This document shows positions 27,640 to 36,624 of a stretch of DNA of 64,000 nt, piece by piece. Origin of the DNA: Polyangiales bacterium (GTDB lineage: Bacteria > Myxococcota_A > Polyangia > Polyangiales > Polyangiaceae); contig JBBRLQ010000001.1 of assembly GCA_038231275.1 (NCBI GenBank), positions 160,001 through 224,000 on the forward strand, written 5' to 3'. The first letter of the stretch is position 1, and every line of letters starts with the position of its first letter. Made by a program: the position numbers and the translations under genes. Below the pieces are notes generated by a model. That model did not search any database. It was not told where the DNA came from and saw only the letters and a program-made list of their open reading frames with translations.

Positions 27640-28758
27640 ATGAGCGATCCCGCCCGGCGGCTGGCCACGCCGCAAGCTGCACCTGCTGATCGCGCGAGGG
27701 TCTTCGGCGAGATGATGGCGCTCGCCAAGGGCAAGCACGTGTTGATTCCGCTGCGCGGTCACCCCGATCCCGACGGCATCGCGTCGGCGATGGCGCAGGC
27801 CCACATCGCGGCGCGCTTCGGGGTCGCCAAGACCACGATCGGCTACTCGCACGAGCTGAGCCACCGCGAGAACCGCGCGCTCGTGAAGCTCCTCGGCGTC
27901 GAGCTGCGGAAGGTGAAGGCGATCAAAGACCTCGGTCACGTCGATTTCTTGTCGCTCGTCGACTCGTACGACGTCGACCCCGAGGTCTCGGACGCCGACC
28001 AGTACGAGCTCCTCACGATCATCGATCATCACCGCGCGCCGGCGCCGCCCAAGGCGCGCTTCGTGGATATTCGTCTCGACGTCACGGCCACGTCGACGAT
28101 CTTCACCGAGTACCTCCAGGAGCTCGCGCCGCTCGACGTCGAGGTCGAAGAGGATCGGCGCGTCTCCACCGCGCTCATGCACGGCCTGTCGACCGACACC
28201 GACGACTTCGTCCTCGCGCGCGCCGTCGACTTCCGCGCGGCCGCGCAGATTTCCGAGGTGTGTGATCGCGATCTGCTCGCCGACTTGAGCCGGCGCCTCA
28301 TCGCCCCCAGCGCGATGGACGTCATCGCCCGCGCCCTCGCCTCGCTCGTCGTGCGACGAAATTTCGCGATGGCGGGGGTCGGGTTCGTGTCGGACTCCGA
28401 TCGCGACACGATCGCGCAGGCCGCGGATTTTCTCGTGCGGCGTGAGGACATCGACACCGTCGTCGTGTACGGCGTGGTCGGCGAGCGCTTCATCGAGGGC
28501 TCGCTGCGCACGCACTCACCGAGCGTCGATCCCGCGGTGTGGCTCGAGCAAGCGTTCGGCCACGACGACAAGGGGCGGCCCTACGGCGGCGGCCGCCGCG
28601 ACAAGGGAGGCTTCCGAATTCCCATCGGCTTCCTCGGACGCTCGACCGATCGCGCGCAGCTCTGGACGTTGGTCGAGCACGCGGCGAGGACGGCGCTCCT
28701 GAAGCAGCTCGGCGACGAGCCGACGACCGGCATCATCGCGACGGCGACGACGTCGTAA
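27640..28758 (+). CDS. DHH family phosphoesterase (NrnA-like)
   Basis: GHPDPDGIASA, LVD, IIDHH, STDTDDF, DHHA1-like GGGRRDKGG. Confidence 0.88.
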   Translation: MSDPARRLATPQAAPADRARVFGEMMALAKGKHVLIPLRGHPDPDGIASAMAQAHIAARFGVAKTTIGYSHELSHRENRALVKLLGVELRKVKAIKDLGHVDFLSLVDSYDVDPEVSDADQYELLTIIDHHRAPAPPKARFVDIRLDVTATSTIFTEYLQELAPLDVEVEEDRRVSTALMHGLSTDTDDFVLARAVDFRAAAQISEVCDRDLLADLSRRLIAPSAMDVIARALASLVVRRNFAMAGVGFVSDSDRDTIAQAADFLVRREDIDTVVVYGVVGERFIEGSLRTHSPSVDPAVWLEQAFGHDDKGRPYGGGRRDKGGFRIPIGFLGRSTDRAQLWTLVEHAARTALLKQLGDEPTTGIIATATTS

Positions 28759-28774
28759 CGAAACGCTAACGGCC

Positions 28775-29290
28775 TCAGACGAGCGCGGCGAGCATGCCGT
28801 GACCGGCTGCTGCGGCGCGCGCATACAGCGACGCCACGCGCGTGAGCGAGCGACCGACGGTCTGGATCTGACGCTCGTTGGGCGTGCGCTCCTGACCGTA
28901 GTCGCCGTACACGTCCTTGCCCTGCAGCGACAAGAAACGAATGCGAACGACGTCGCGCGGTAGGCGGGCGAGCGCGGCGGAGACGTGTGCGACGCGATCG
29001 GGCAAGAGCAGGCGCGCCTTGCCGTGGGCCGTCGTCGCCGCGATCGCGCGGCCAGTGCGCGCGAGGATCGCGTCGCCTAGGAGCGGCTCGCGCCCACGAT
29101 CGGAGAGGAGGTAGTCGAGCGCGTCCCAGGTGTCGGCAAGATCGAGGAGCCCGGGGACGTCCGTGTCGTGGCGTGCCTCGACGAGCTCGGCGAGCAGATC
29201 GGGGGTGCCTTCGATCTGACGAAGGCGCGCGTCGGAGAGGGTGCAAAGGACTCCGTTTTTGTCCATGGCGAGATGTAGGTACCACTTCAT
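28775..29290 (-). CDS. DUF1877/YfbM-like protein
   Basis: LLDLADTWDALDYLLS...GKARLLLPDRVAHVSAAL...LYARAAAAGHGML. Confidence 0.65.
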   Translation of the reverse strand: MKWYLHLAMDKNGVLCTLSDARLRQIEGTPDLLAELVEARHDTDVPGLLDLADTWDALDYLLSDRGREPLLGDAILARTGRAIAATTAHGKARLLLPDRVAHVSAALARLPRDVVRIRFLSLQGKDVYGDYGQERTPNERQIQTVGRSLTRVASLYARAAAAGHGMLAALV

Positions 29291-29350
29291 CGGGGTTAAG
29301 GCTCGCGATTGCGCGGGGGGGGTGTAACCTCCCGACTTCGGGGGATTTCG

Positions 29351-30253
29351 ATGCGCATCGCGTTCTTCGGCCTCCCGCTCGCCGCCCTCCTCCTCGCCGC
29401 GGACGGCCACGAGATCGTGTACGCGGCGATCTGTCGCTCCGGATCGATCGGGACGCGGCGCTTACGGCGACGGCTCGGCGACGCGAACGTCTTCGTGAAA
29501 CCGAACGTCACCACCGAGGCGACGCTCGCGCGCATCGAGGCGGCGCGGCCCGAGCTCGTCGTAAGCTGGTTCTGGACGACGAAGCTTCCGATGCGAATCG
29601 TAGACGCCGCGCCGCTCGGTGGCTTCGGCGTACATCCGTCGCTCTTGCCGCGGCACCGCGGTCCCGATCCCTACTTCTGGGCGATCGACGGCGGCGACAC
29701 CGAGACCGGCGTGACCGCGCATCGCATCGCTGCGGACTACGACACCGGCGCGATGCTCGGTCACACGGTGCTGCCGATCGACCCGACGTGGAACGCGTGG
29801 ACGCTCGCGAAGAAGCTGGACCGACCGAGCCTCGCGCTCCTCCGCGCGACGGCGCGCGCGTTCGCGAGCGGTGCGCCGCCGCGCGAGGTGCCCCAAGACG
29901 AAGCCCGCTCGACCCGTGCGCCGGAGCCCGACGACGGAATGCTGGAGCTTCGTTGGACGTGGCCGACCGAGCGCATCGTGCGGCGCGTGCGCGCGGCAGG
30001 ACCGTGGCCGGGCGCGTTCACGGAGGTCGGCGACGAAGAGCTCGTCCTCGCTCGCGTGGAGCCGGTGTCGGAGTTCCCCCGCGCGCTCGCGGTCGGCGAG
30101 GCCGCGGCGGTCGACGGACGTGCCATCGTGCGCACGGCGGACGGCGCCGTCGCGCTGCTTCGCGGCCGGACCGGGGACGGCGTCGCCCTCGACGCGGCCG
30201 GCCTCGCGGCGCTCGTGGGCGCGAAGGCAAAAAAAGCCGCGAGCGGTCCTTAA
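29351..30253 (+). CDS. Formyltransferase (methionyl-tRNA formyltransferase-like, divergent)
   Basis: GVHPSLLPRHRGPDPYFWAI..GDTETGVTAH...DYDTG; QDEARSTRAP; C-term IVRRVRAAGPWPGAFT. Confidence 0.8.
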   Translation: MRIAFFGLPLAALLLAADGHEIVYAAICRSGSIGTRRLRRRLGDANVFVKPNVTTEATLARIEAARPELVVSWFWTTKLPMRIVDAAPLGGFGVHPSLLPRHRGPDPYFWAIDGGDTETGVTAHRIAADYDTGAMLGHTVLPIDPTWNAWTLAKKLDRPSLALLRATARAFASGAPPREVPQDEARSTRAPEPDDGMLELRWTWPTERIVRRVRAAGPWPGAFTEVGDEELVLARVEPVSEFPRALAVGEAAAVDGRAIVRTADGAVALLRGRTGDGVALDAAGLAALVGAKAKKAASGP

Positions 30254-30349
30254 GGCGCCGCCGCGTCTGCCGTATCGAGGAGGTCACCCGCGTCACGTGC
30301 GCGTCGTTTGCCCGTTCCGTACCAACCACTTCCGCTCTACCATCGCCCC

Positions 30350-31312
30350 ATGTCCGACCCGGTCTCGACCGCACGCACCGCGAGGGAACACCTCGCGCGC
30401 GGTCTCAACGCGCTTCAGTCCGACCCGAACGTGCCGCCCAAGCTCCTCGAGCTCGCGGCCCCGATCGCCCAGAGCATGGGGGCGCTCCACGCGATCGAAC
30501 GCTCGCAGGGGCGAGAGCTCTCGCCCCACGCGGACGTCGCGCTGAACAACGTGCGCCAAGCGCTCCAGTCGCTGCAGTCCTCCGGCCAGCAGCACCCGGT
30601 GGTCACGCAGGCGATGGAGGCGGTCGCGGCGTCGCTCGGCCTCGTGCACTCGCTGTCGAAGATGGCGCAGCAGGGCGGAGGCGCGCCGCAGCAGCGTCCG
30701 CCGCAACAGCAGCAGGCGCAGCAGGCGCAGCAGGTGCAACAGCAGATGCCGCCCCAGCAGATGCAGCCGCAGAACGCGTTCCCGCAGCCGGCGCAGCAGG
30801 CGCAACAGCAGATGCCGCCCCAGCAACAGCAGCGACCGCCCCAGCAACAGCAACAGCAGCAGCCGCCCGCGCAAGCCGTGGCGCAGGGCGGAATGCGGTC
30901 GGCCGATCCGTTCGCGCGTCCGGCGGGGCCGCAGCCTACGCCGAGCATTCCGGTCCCCGCGCCGCCGATGCAAGGCAACATGCCGGTCATCAGCGCGGAC
31001 CTCGGCGCGCACAGCTCCACGAATTTCTACAAGGGCCTCAGCGGCAACGACATCGTCGATCACGGCGGGCTCTTCGTGTCGACGTACATGATCCCGAAGA
31101 TCGGCACGCCGGTGCGGCTCAAGGTGGCGCTGCCGGGCGGATACGAGTTCGAGGCGAACGCGATCGTGAAGTGGTCGCGGGAGCAGGGGGGCGAAACGGC
31201 CGACGCGCCGCCGGGCTTCGGAGCACAGTTCACGGCGATCACGCCGGAGGCGCGGCAGCTCGTGTACCGCTACGTGCGCAACCGCGAGCCGCTCTTCCAC
31301 GACGATCTCTAG
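30350..31312 (+). CDS. TIGR02266-like/PilZ-type protein with N-terminal helical domain and Gln/Pro-rich linker
   Basis: SSTNFYKGLSGNDIVDHGGLFVSTY..PKIGTPVRL...FEANAIVKWSRE...PPGFGAQF...RNREPLFHDD. Confidence 0.75.
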   Translation: MSDPVSTARTAREHLARGLNALQSDPNVPPKLLELAAPIAQSMGALHAIERSQGRELSPHADVALNNVRQALQSLQSSGQQHPVVTQAMEAVAASLGLVHSLSKMAQQGGGAPQQRPPQQQQAQQAQQVQQQMPPQQMQPQNAFPQPAQQAQQQMPPQQQQRPPQQQQQQQPPAQAVAQGGMRSADPFARPAGPQPTPSIPVPAPPMQGNMPVISADLGAHSSTNFYKGLSGNDIVDHGGLFVSTYMIPKIGTPVRLKVALPGGYEFEANAIVKWSREQGGETADAPPGFGAQFTAITPEARQLVYRYVRNREPLFHDDL

Positions 31313-31316
31313 TCAT

Positions 31317-31362
31317 CTCTTCGCCACCTCTTCGCCACCTCTTTCCCCCCCTAGCCACCTCT
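31317..31362 (+). repeat. Short intergenic tandem repeat
   Basis: CTCTTCGCCAC x2 plus CTCTT, and a third GCCACCTCT at 31354-31362. Confidence 0.7.
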
Positions 31363-31367
31363 AGACC

Positions 31368-32288
31368 TTGAGTCGTCTCTACTCGCGTTTCTTCCCGCGC
31401 TGGAAGGCGCGCCCCGAGCTGACGCCGCGCGGTGAGGTGCGCGATCCCGGCGCGCGGATCGCGTGGCTCGGCACCGCGGGACACGTCATCGAGGCGGGCG
31501 ACACCACGCTGCTCGTCGATCCATTCGTCACGCGCCCGAACCTGCTTCGCACCGCGGTTGCGCGCCTCGTCCCGGACGAGAACGAGATCGCGCGCCGGAT
31601 CCCTTCGCGCGTCGACGCGGTCCTGTGCGGCCACAGCCACTACGATCACATGCTCGACGCGCCGCTCATCGCGCGGCGCACCGGCGCGATCCTCGTCGGC
31701 TCGCGGACGACCTGCGCCTTCGCGCGCGCGAGCGGCGTCGCCGAGTCCCAACTCCGCATCGTCCCGCCCACCGGCGCGACCGTCCGCATCAAAGACGCGG
31801 AGGTCCGGTTCGTTCGCAGCCGTCACGGGCGCATCCGCCCCGTCGGCGTCCCCTTCCCGGGAGAGGTCGAGTCGCCGCGACTGCCAGGACGCATCTTCCA
31901 CTACAAGATGGGCGGCGCGTTCGGGATCCTCATCCGCGCCGGCGGCGTCACGGTCTACCACAACGGCAGCGCCGATCTCGTCGACGCGGAGCTGGACGGC
32001 GAGCGCGCCGACGTCTTGCTGGTGGGCTTGGCCGGCCGCGCGTCGACGCGCAACTACGTGGGGCGCCTCGTCCACGCGCTCTCGCCTTCACTCATCGTCC
32101 CGACCCATCACGACGCGTTCTTCGCGCCGCTGGAGCGCGGCGTGCACCTCTTGCCGCGGATCGATCTCGAGGGTTTCGTCGACGAGGCGCGCGCGCACGC
32201 GCCCGACGCGCGCATCATCACGCCAGACTACTTCGACGTGATCGGGGTTCCGCGCGGCGCACCCGGCAAAGCGGTCATCGTGGCGTAG
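31368..32288 (+). CDS. MBL-fold metallo-hydrolase
   Basis: IAWLGTAG, LLVDPFVTR, GHSHYDHMLD (HxHxDH), SRHG, IVPTHHD. Confidence 0.88.
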   Translation: MSRLYSRFFPRWKARPELTPRGEVRDPGARIAWLGTAGHVIEAGDTTLLVDPFVTRPNLLRTAVARLVPDENEIARRIPSRVDAVLCGHSHYDHMLDAPLIARRTGAILVGSRTTCAFARASGVAESQLRIVPPTGATVRIKDAEVRFVRSRHGRIRPVGVPFPGEVESPRLPGRIFHYKMGGAFGILIRAGGVTVYHNGSADLVDAELDGERADVLLVGLAGRASTRNYVGRLVHALSPSLIVPTHHDAFFAPLERGVHLLPRIDLEGFVDEARAHAPDARIITPDYFDVIGVPRGAPGKAVIVA

Positions 32289-32342
32289 GAGGGGGTCGGG
32301 CCTTGATGTAGACTCGGGCCCCCTCTTGCCCCTGTCCTTTTC

Positions 32343-35306
32343 GTGAGCGCGCGGTCTCGGTTCGTCTCGCTCGCGGTCGTCTTGGCCGCCGGGCTGGGCC
32401 TCGCGCCGCGCGCCGAGGCGGCGAACGATCCGAACATCGTTTGGCAGACGATCGAGACGCCGCATTTTCGGATCCACTTCCCGTCGCAGGGCCGGCCCGT
32501 CGCCGAGCGCGTCGCCGATCTCGCGGAGGACATCCACGCGCGCCTCGCCCCCGCCGTCGGTTGGCAACCGAGCGAAGTGACCGAGCTGCTCCTCGCCGAC
32601 CAGACCGACAGCGCCAACGGCTCGGCGACCGCGCTCCCCTACAACGCCGTGCGCCTCAACATCACCGCGCCCGACGACATGTCGCCGCTCGGAGACGCCG
32701 AGGATTGGTACCTCGAGCTCGTCACGCACGAGTACACCCACATCCTCCACACCGATCACATCACCGGAATCCCGGCGATCGCGAACGCGCTGCTCGGCAA
32801 GACGTACGCGCCGAACCAGGTCCAGCCGCGATGGGCGCTCGAGGGCCTCGCGGTGTTCGAAGAGAGCCAGCGCACGAGCGGCGGCCGCCTCCGCAGCGCG
32901 ATCTGGAACATGTACATGCGCGGCGACGTCATGGAGAACAACGTCGCCGAGCTCGATGAGTTCTCGAACTCGGTGCGAAGGTGGCCGCAGGGAAACCTCT
33001 GGTACCTCTACGGCTCGTTCTTCATGCGGTGGATCGCCGAGACCTACGGCGAGGAGGCCATCCGCAAAATGATCGACGACTACAGTCGCCAGATCATCCC
33101 GTACGCCTTCAACCGCTCGGTGCGCCGCGCGACGGGGCGCACGTTCGAGGAGCTGTACCCGGCGTGGATCGCGACGCTCCGCCGCGTCTACGGCGCGCAG
33201 GTCGACGCCGTGCGCGCACGCGGCATCCGCCAAGGCGTGCGCATCACGAAGGCCGGACAAAACGCGCGCCACCCGCGGTGGATCCCGAAGGGCGCGTGGC
33301 CGGGGCACGAGGGCGATCTCCTCTACTTCCGCGACGACGGCCACAGCACCGCCGGCATGTACGCGGTGCCGGTGTCGCGCGATCCGACGAGCGGCCAGAT
33401 CACCGGCGCGCGTGAGGTCGATCGCGAGCTCTTGATCCGCGTCTCCGGTGAGTCGACCGTGTCCTTCACGCCCGACGGCGGGGCGGTGTGGGACTCGCTC
33501 GATCAGTTCCAGAACCTCTTCTACTTCAACGATCTGTTCCGCGCGCCGCCGAACACGCGCTCGCCGCGAGGGCTAGAGGGGCGGACCAAACGCCTCACCG
33601 AGGGCTTCCGCGCCATCGAGCCCGACGTGTCCCCCGACGGCCGCAAGGTCGCCTTCACGTCGAACCACCGCGGCACCACGTACTTGCAGATTGCACGTTT
33701 GACCGAGGACGGGGTGGAGGACGTTAAGAACATCGTCCCCGGAAAGCCGTTCGATCAGGCGTACACGCCGCGCTGGGCCCCCGACGGCCGCCACCTCGCG
33801 TACTCGGCGTGGTCACACGGCGGCTACCGCGACGTCCGCGTGGTCGACACGACCGACGGATCGTTCATCGAGATCGCGCACGATCGCGCGCAGGACGGCG
33901 GGCCGTCGTGGTCGCCCGACGGAAAATACGTCTTCTTCCACTCCGATCGCACCGGCATCGACAACGTCTACGCGTGGGACGTCGAAACCCATCGCCTTCG
34001 TCAGGTGACCAACGTGACGACCGGCGCGTTCCAGCCGGAGGTGAGCGCCGACGGCAAGACGCTCGCCTACGTCGGCTACACGCACAACGGCTTCGATCTC
34101 TTCGCGATGCCGCTCGACGAGAAGCAGTGGCTCGACGCGCTCCCGTACGTCGACGATCGCCCCGCGACGACGCCCGAGCCGCCTCACCACGCGTGGAAGG
34201 TTCGTCCGTACAGCCCACTGTCGACCCTCGCGCCGCACAAATACGGCGTGGCGATCGGCCAGGGGAACTTCGGCAACCAAGCGACGGTCACGATCGGCGG
34301 CTCCGACATCGTCGGCCACCACTCGTACGCGGCGTCGCTCACGAGCGAGTTCGAGAAGCCCGAGCTCCAAGGCTCGTTCACCTACGTCTACTCGCGCCTC
34401 CCCGTCGATCTGTCGGTGAGCGCGTACCGCTCGATCGCGCCGCGCGGCGGCTTCGCGCTCGGCGGCGCGCGGCCGACGTGGATCAGCGAGACGACCGGCG
34501 TGGAGACCGGCGTCGGCTACACGATGCCGCGCCAGTTCGACTCGCAGAGCTTCTCGCTCTCGTACTCCGCCGCCCGCACCGCCGGCGATTTCGGCACGAC
34601 CTCGGCCAGCTTCAATCCCTACGAAACACCGCAATTTCCCGCGCGCGGGCTCGTCAGCTTCGTGCACATGGGGTGGGCGTACTCGAACGCCGAGCGCTAC
34701 TTGTGGAGCGTCGCCAACGAGCGCGGCTTCGGCGCCAACGCGAACCTCGAGCTCACCGACCCCGCGCTCGGCAGCGAGTACAAAGGCTTCAGCACGTCGG
34801 CGAACATGGAGTGGTTCTACACGATGCCGTGGCTGTCGCATCACTCGCTCGCCCTCCACACCGGGGCCGGAACGAGCGGCGGCAACTACCCGGGGCGCGG
34901 CGCGTATTACATCGGCGGGTTCGTCGATCTGCCGGTCATCGACTCGGTGCGCAACACGCTGATCCAGGGAGGTATCGTCCTCCGCGGCTACCCCACCGTC
35001 GCCGAGGCCGGCCGCAGCTACGCCCTCATGAACGCCGAGTACCGCTTCCCGATCTGGAACATCGACCGTGGCCCGTCGACGTTGCCGTTCTTCTTGAACC
35101 GCGTCAGCGGCACGGTCTTCGTCGACTACGGCAGCGCGTTCGACGACGCGTACGTCGCCAAGTTCAAGACAGGCACCGGCGCCGAGCTATGGAACGATTT
35201 CACGATCGGCTACATCCAGTCGTTCACGTTCCGCCTCGGCTACGCGCGCGGCCTGGCCAGCGGCGGGGTCGACAAGACCTACTTCGTCGCCACCATCCCT
35301 TATTGA
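32343..35306 (+). CDS. Outer-membrane protein: zinc peptidase-like domain + PD40/TolB-like beta-propeller + Omp85/BamA-type barrel
   Basis: Signal peptide; LVTHEYTH...WALEGLA; EPDVSPDG, TPRWAPDG, GPSWSPDG, QPEVSADG repeats; VLRGY...NAEYRFP...FVDYGSAF barrel motifs. Confidence 0.82.
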   Translation: MSARSRFVSLAVVLAAGLGLAPRAEAANDPNIVWQTIETPHFRIHFPSQGRPVAERVADLAEDIHARLAPAVGWQPSEVTELLLADQTDSANGSATALPYNAVRLNITAPDDMSPLGDAEDWYLELVTHEYTHILHTDHITGIPAIANALLGKTYAPNQVQPRWALEGLAVFEESQRTSGGRLRSAIWNMYMRGDVMENNVAELDEFSNSVRRWPQGNLWYLYGSFFMRWIAETYGEEAIRKMIDDYSRQIIPYAFNRSVRRATGRTFEELYPAWIATLRRVYGAQVDAVRARGIRQGVRITKAGQNARHPRWIPKGAWPGHEGDLLYFRDDGHSTAGMYAVPVSRDPTSGQITGAREVDRELLIRVSGESTVSFTPDGGAVWDSLDQFQNLFYFNDLFRAPPNTRSPRGLEGRTKRLTEGFRAIEPDVSPDGRKVAFTSNHRGTTYLQIARLTEDGVEDVKNIVPGKPFDQAYTPRWAPDGRHLAYSAWSHGGYRDVRVVDTTDGSFIEIAHDRAQDGGPSWSPDGKYVFFHSDRTGIDNVYAWDVETHRLRQVTNVTTGAFQPEVSADGKTLAYVGYTHNGFDLFAMPLDEKQWLDALPYVDDRPATTPEPPHHAWKVRPYSPLSTLAPHKYGVAIGQGNFGNQATVTIGGSDIVGHHSYAASLTSEFEKPELQGSFTYVYSRLPVDLSVSAYRSIAPRGGFALGGARPTWISETTGVETGVGYTMPRQFDSQSFSLSYSAARTAGDFGTTSASFNPYETPQFPARGLVSFVHMGWAYSNAERYLWSVANERGFGANANLELTDPALGSEYKGFSTSANMEWFYTMPWLSHHSLALHTGAGTSGGNYPGRGAYYIGGFVDLPVIDSVRNTLIQGGIVLRGYPTVAEAGRSYALMNAEYRFPIWNIDRGPSTLPFFLNRVSGTVFVDYGSAFDDAYVAKFKTGTGAELWNDFTIGYIQSFTFRLGYARGLASGGVDKTYFVATIPY

Positions 35307-35350
35307 AGGAAACTTGGCCCTCCGGCCGTAGCTCCCCAATGCTCCGGGCC

Positions 35351-35920
35351 ATGCGCTCCCATAGCGGTCTCGCCGCGTTCGTCCTCGCTCTTCCCCTCCT
35401 CACCGGCGCGTGCCTCGCCGCGTCGCACGGCCCCGCGAAGGCGCAGGAGGCGGCGATGGACATGAACGTACACGCGCGCTTCGGGCGCATGGAGCTCGCG
35501 ACGGAGCTGGTCGCGCCGAAGGCACGCAAGGAGTTCGCCGAGCATCGCCGCGGATGGGGCGGCAAGGTGCGCATCGCCGACACCGAGCTCGCGGGGCTCC
35601 GGATGATCGACGAGGACAACGCCGAGGTCACCGTGAAGGTCGCCTGGTACGACATGGCGCTCCAGGAGCTTCACGTCACGACGCTCCGCCAGAAGTGGCA
35701 CGCGTTCAGCGGCGACTGGAAGCTCACGGCGGAAGAGCGCACCGACGGGCTGCCCGGCCTCATGGGGGACGGGCCGCCTGCAGCGGCCAAGTCCGATGGA
35801 GACATCGCACCCAAGCCCAGGAACGCGCGGTTCCCGGCCGTGCACCTCGTCGGCGCGTCGCCCGAGCCGAAAGCGGACCCGACTCCCGAGCCCGCGACGA
35901 CAGCCGCCGCAGAGCCCTGA
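35351..35920 (+). CDS. Putative lipoprotein
   Basis: LTGA-C lipobox; NVHARFGRMELA...AEVTVKVAWY...TTLRQKW...WKL; alternative ATG 35339. Confidence 0.75.
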   Translation: MRSHSGLAAFVLALPLLTGACLAASHGPAKAQEAAMDMNVHARFGRMELATELVAPKARKEFAEHRRGWGGKVRIADTELAGLRMIDEDNAEVTVKVAWYDMALQELHVTTLRQKWHAFSGDWKLTAEERTDGLPGLMGDGPPAAAKSDGDIAPKPRNARFPAVHLVGASPEPKADPTPEPATTAAAEP

Positions 35921-35942
35921 CGAGCACTGACGAGCCCTGACG
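35912..35942 (+). repeat. 10-bp tandem repeat x3 spanning a stop codon
   Basis: GAGCCCTGAC GAGCACTGAC GAGCCCTGAC. Confidence 0.7.
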
Positions 35943-35970
35943 GAGAAGCGGAGACGCCGAGAGGCGAGCT

Positions 35971-36126
35971 CTAGGCGGAGGCCTTCGGGGCCTTCTTCGT
36001 CGTCTTCTTCGCCGGTGCGGGCTTCTTGCCGCTGGCGTTGCGACGACGCGCGAGCTTCTCCTTCTTCTTCACCTGCGCCTTGCGACGCTTCATCTTCTGC
36101 GATTTACGGCGGTCGAATTTGCCCAT
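35971..36126 (-). CDS. Small, very basic protein (51 aa)
   Basis: MGKFDRRKSQKMKRRKAQVKKKEKLARRRNASGKKPAPAKKTTKKAPKASA; AAG-dominated codon use. Confidence 0.7.
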   Translation of the reverse strand: MGKFDRRKSQKMKRRKAQVKKKEKLARRRNASGKKPAPAKKTTKKAPKASA

Positions 36127-36183
36127 GCGGCGGCCACCTTCGGTCAGGAGGCCCCCTCGCGTCAAGCCTGTCGTGTGAGAGGC

Positions 36184-36432
36184 TCAGCCGGCGTTTTCGG
36201 CGACCGCGTCTTCGCGACTTCGGACTTCCAACCGGTACCGGCTGTTGATCGTCTCGATGTAGAAGACCTCGCGCCCGGCGAGCCGGAGGACGCGCTTCAC
36301 AGGCGTCGTCACGTACTCGTGCATCCCGTCGGGGAACTCGATCACCACGACGGAGCCCTTGCGCGGCGCACGAACGAGCCTTCCCGCGACCGCGCGGGAG
36401 CCCTTGCCGAGCTTGCGGAGGACCACTTCCAC
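36184..36432 (-). CDS. Small hypothetical protein (82 aa, beta-rich)
   Basis: Clean ORF ending YVTTPVKRVL...FYIETINSRYRLEV; TAGATT 6 nt before the GTG. Confidence 0.7.
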   Translation of the reverse strand: MEVVLRKLGKGSRAVAGRLVRAPRKGSVVVIEFPDGMHEYVTTPVKRVLRLAGREVFYIETINSRYRLEVRSREDAVAENAG

Positions 36433-36624
36433 CCTTCCAATCTAGCATTCCCACGTGGCACGTCTACCCCCGTCGCGTGGGGCCTGCGCCAGCAGAACGG
36501 TGCGGATTTGCGCGGTAAAACGCGCCGAATGTCGCCGATTGTGGGCGGGATCCGCGCGCGCGGCGCCGCGTGTCTTTGCTCGGGCGCGGCGGTGGGGTAA
36601 GGCCGCGTTCGAGGTGAGCACGGA

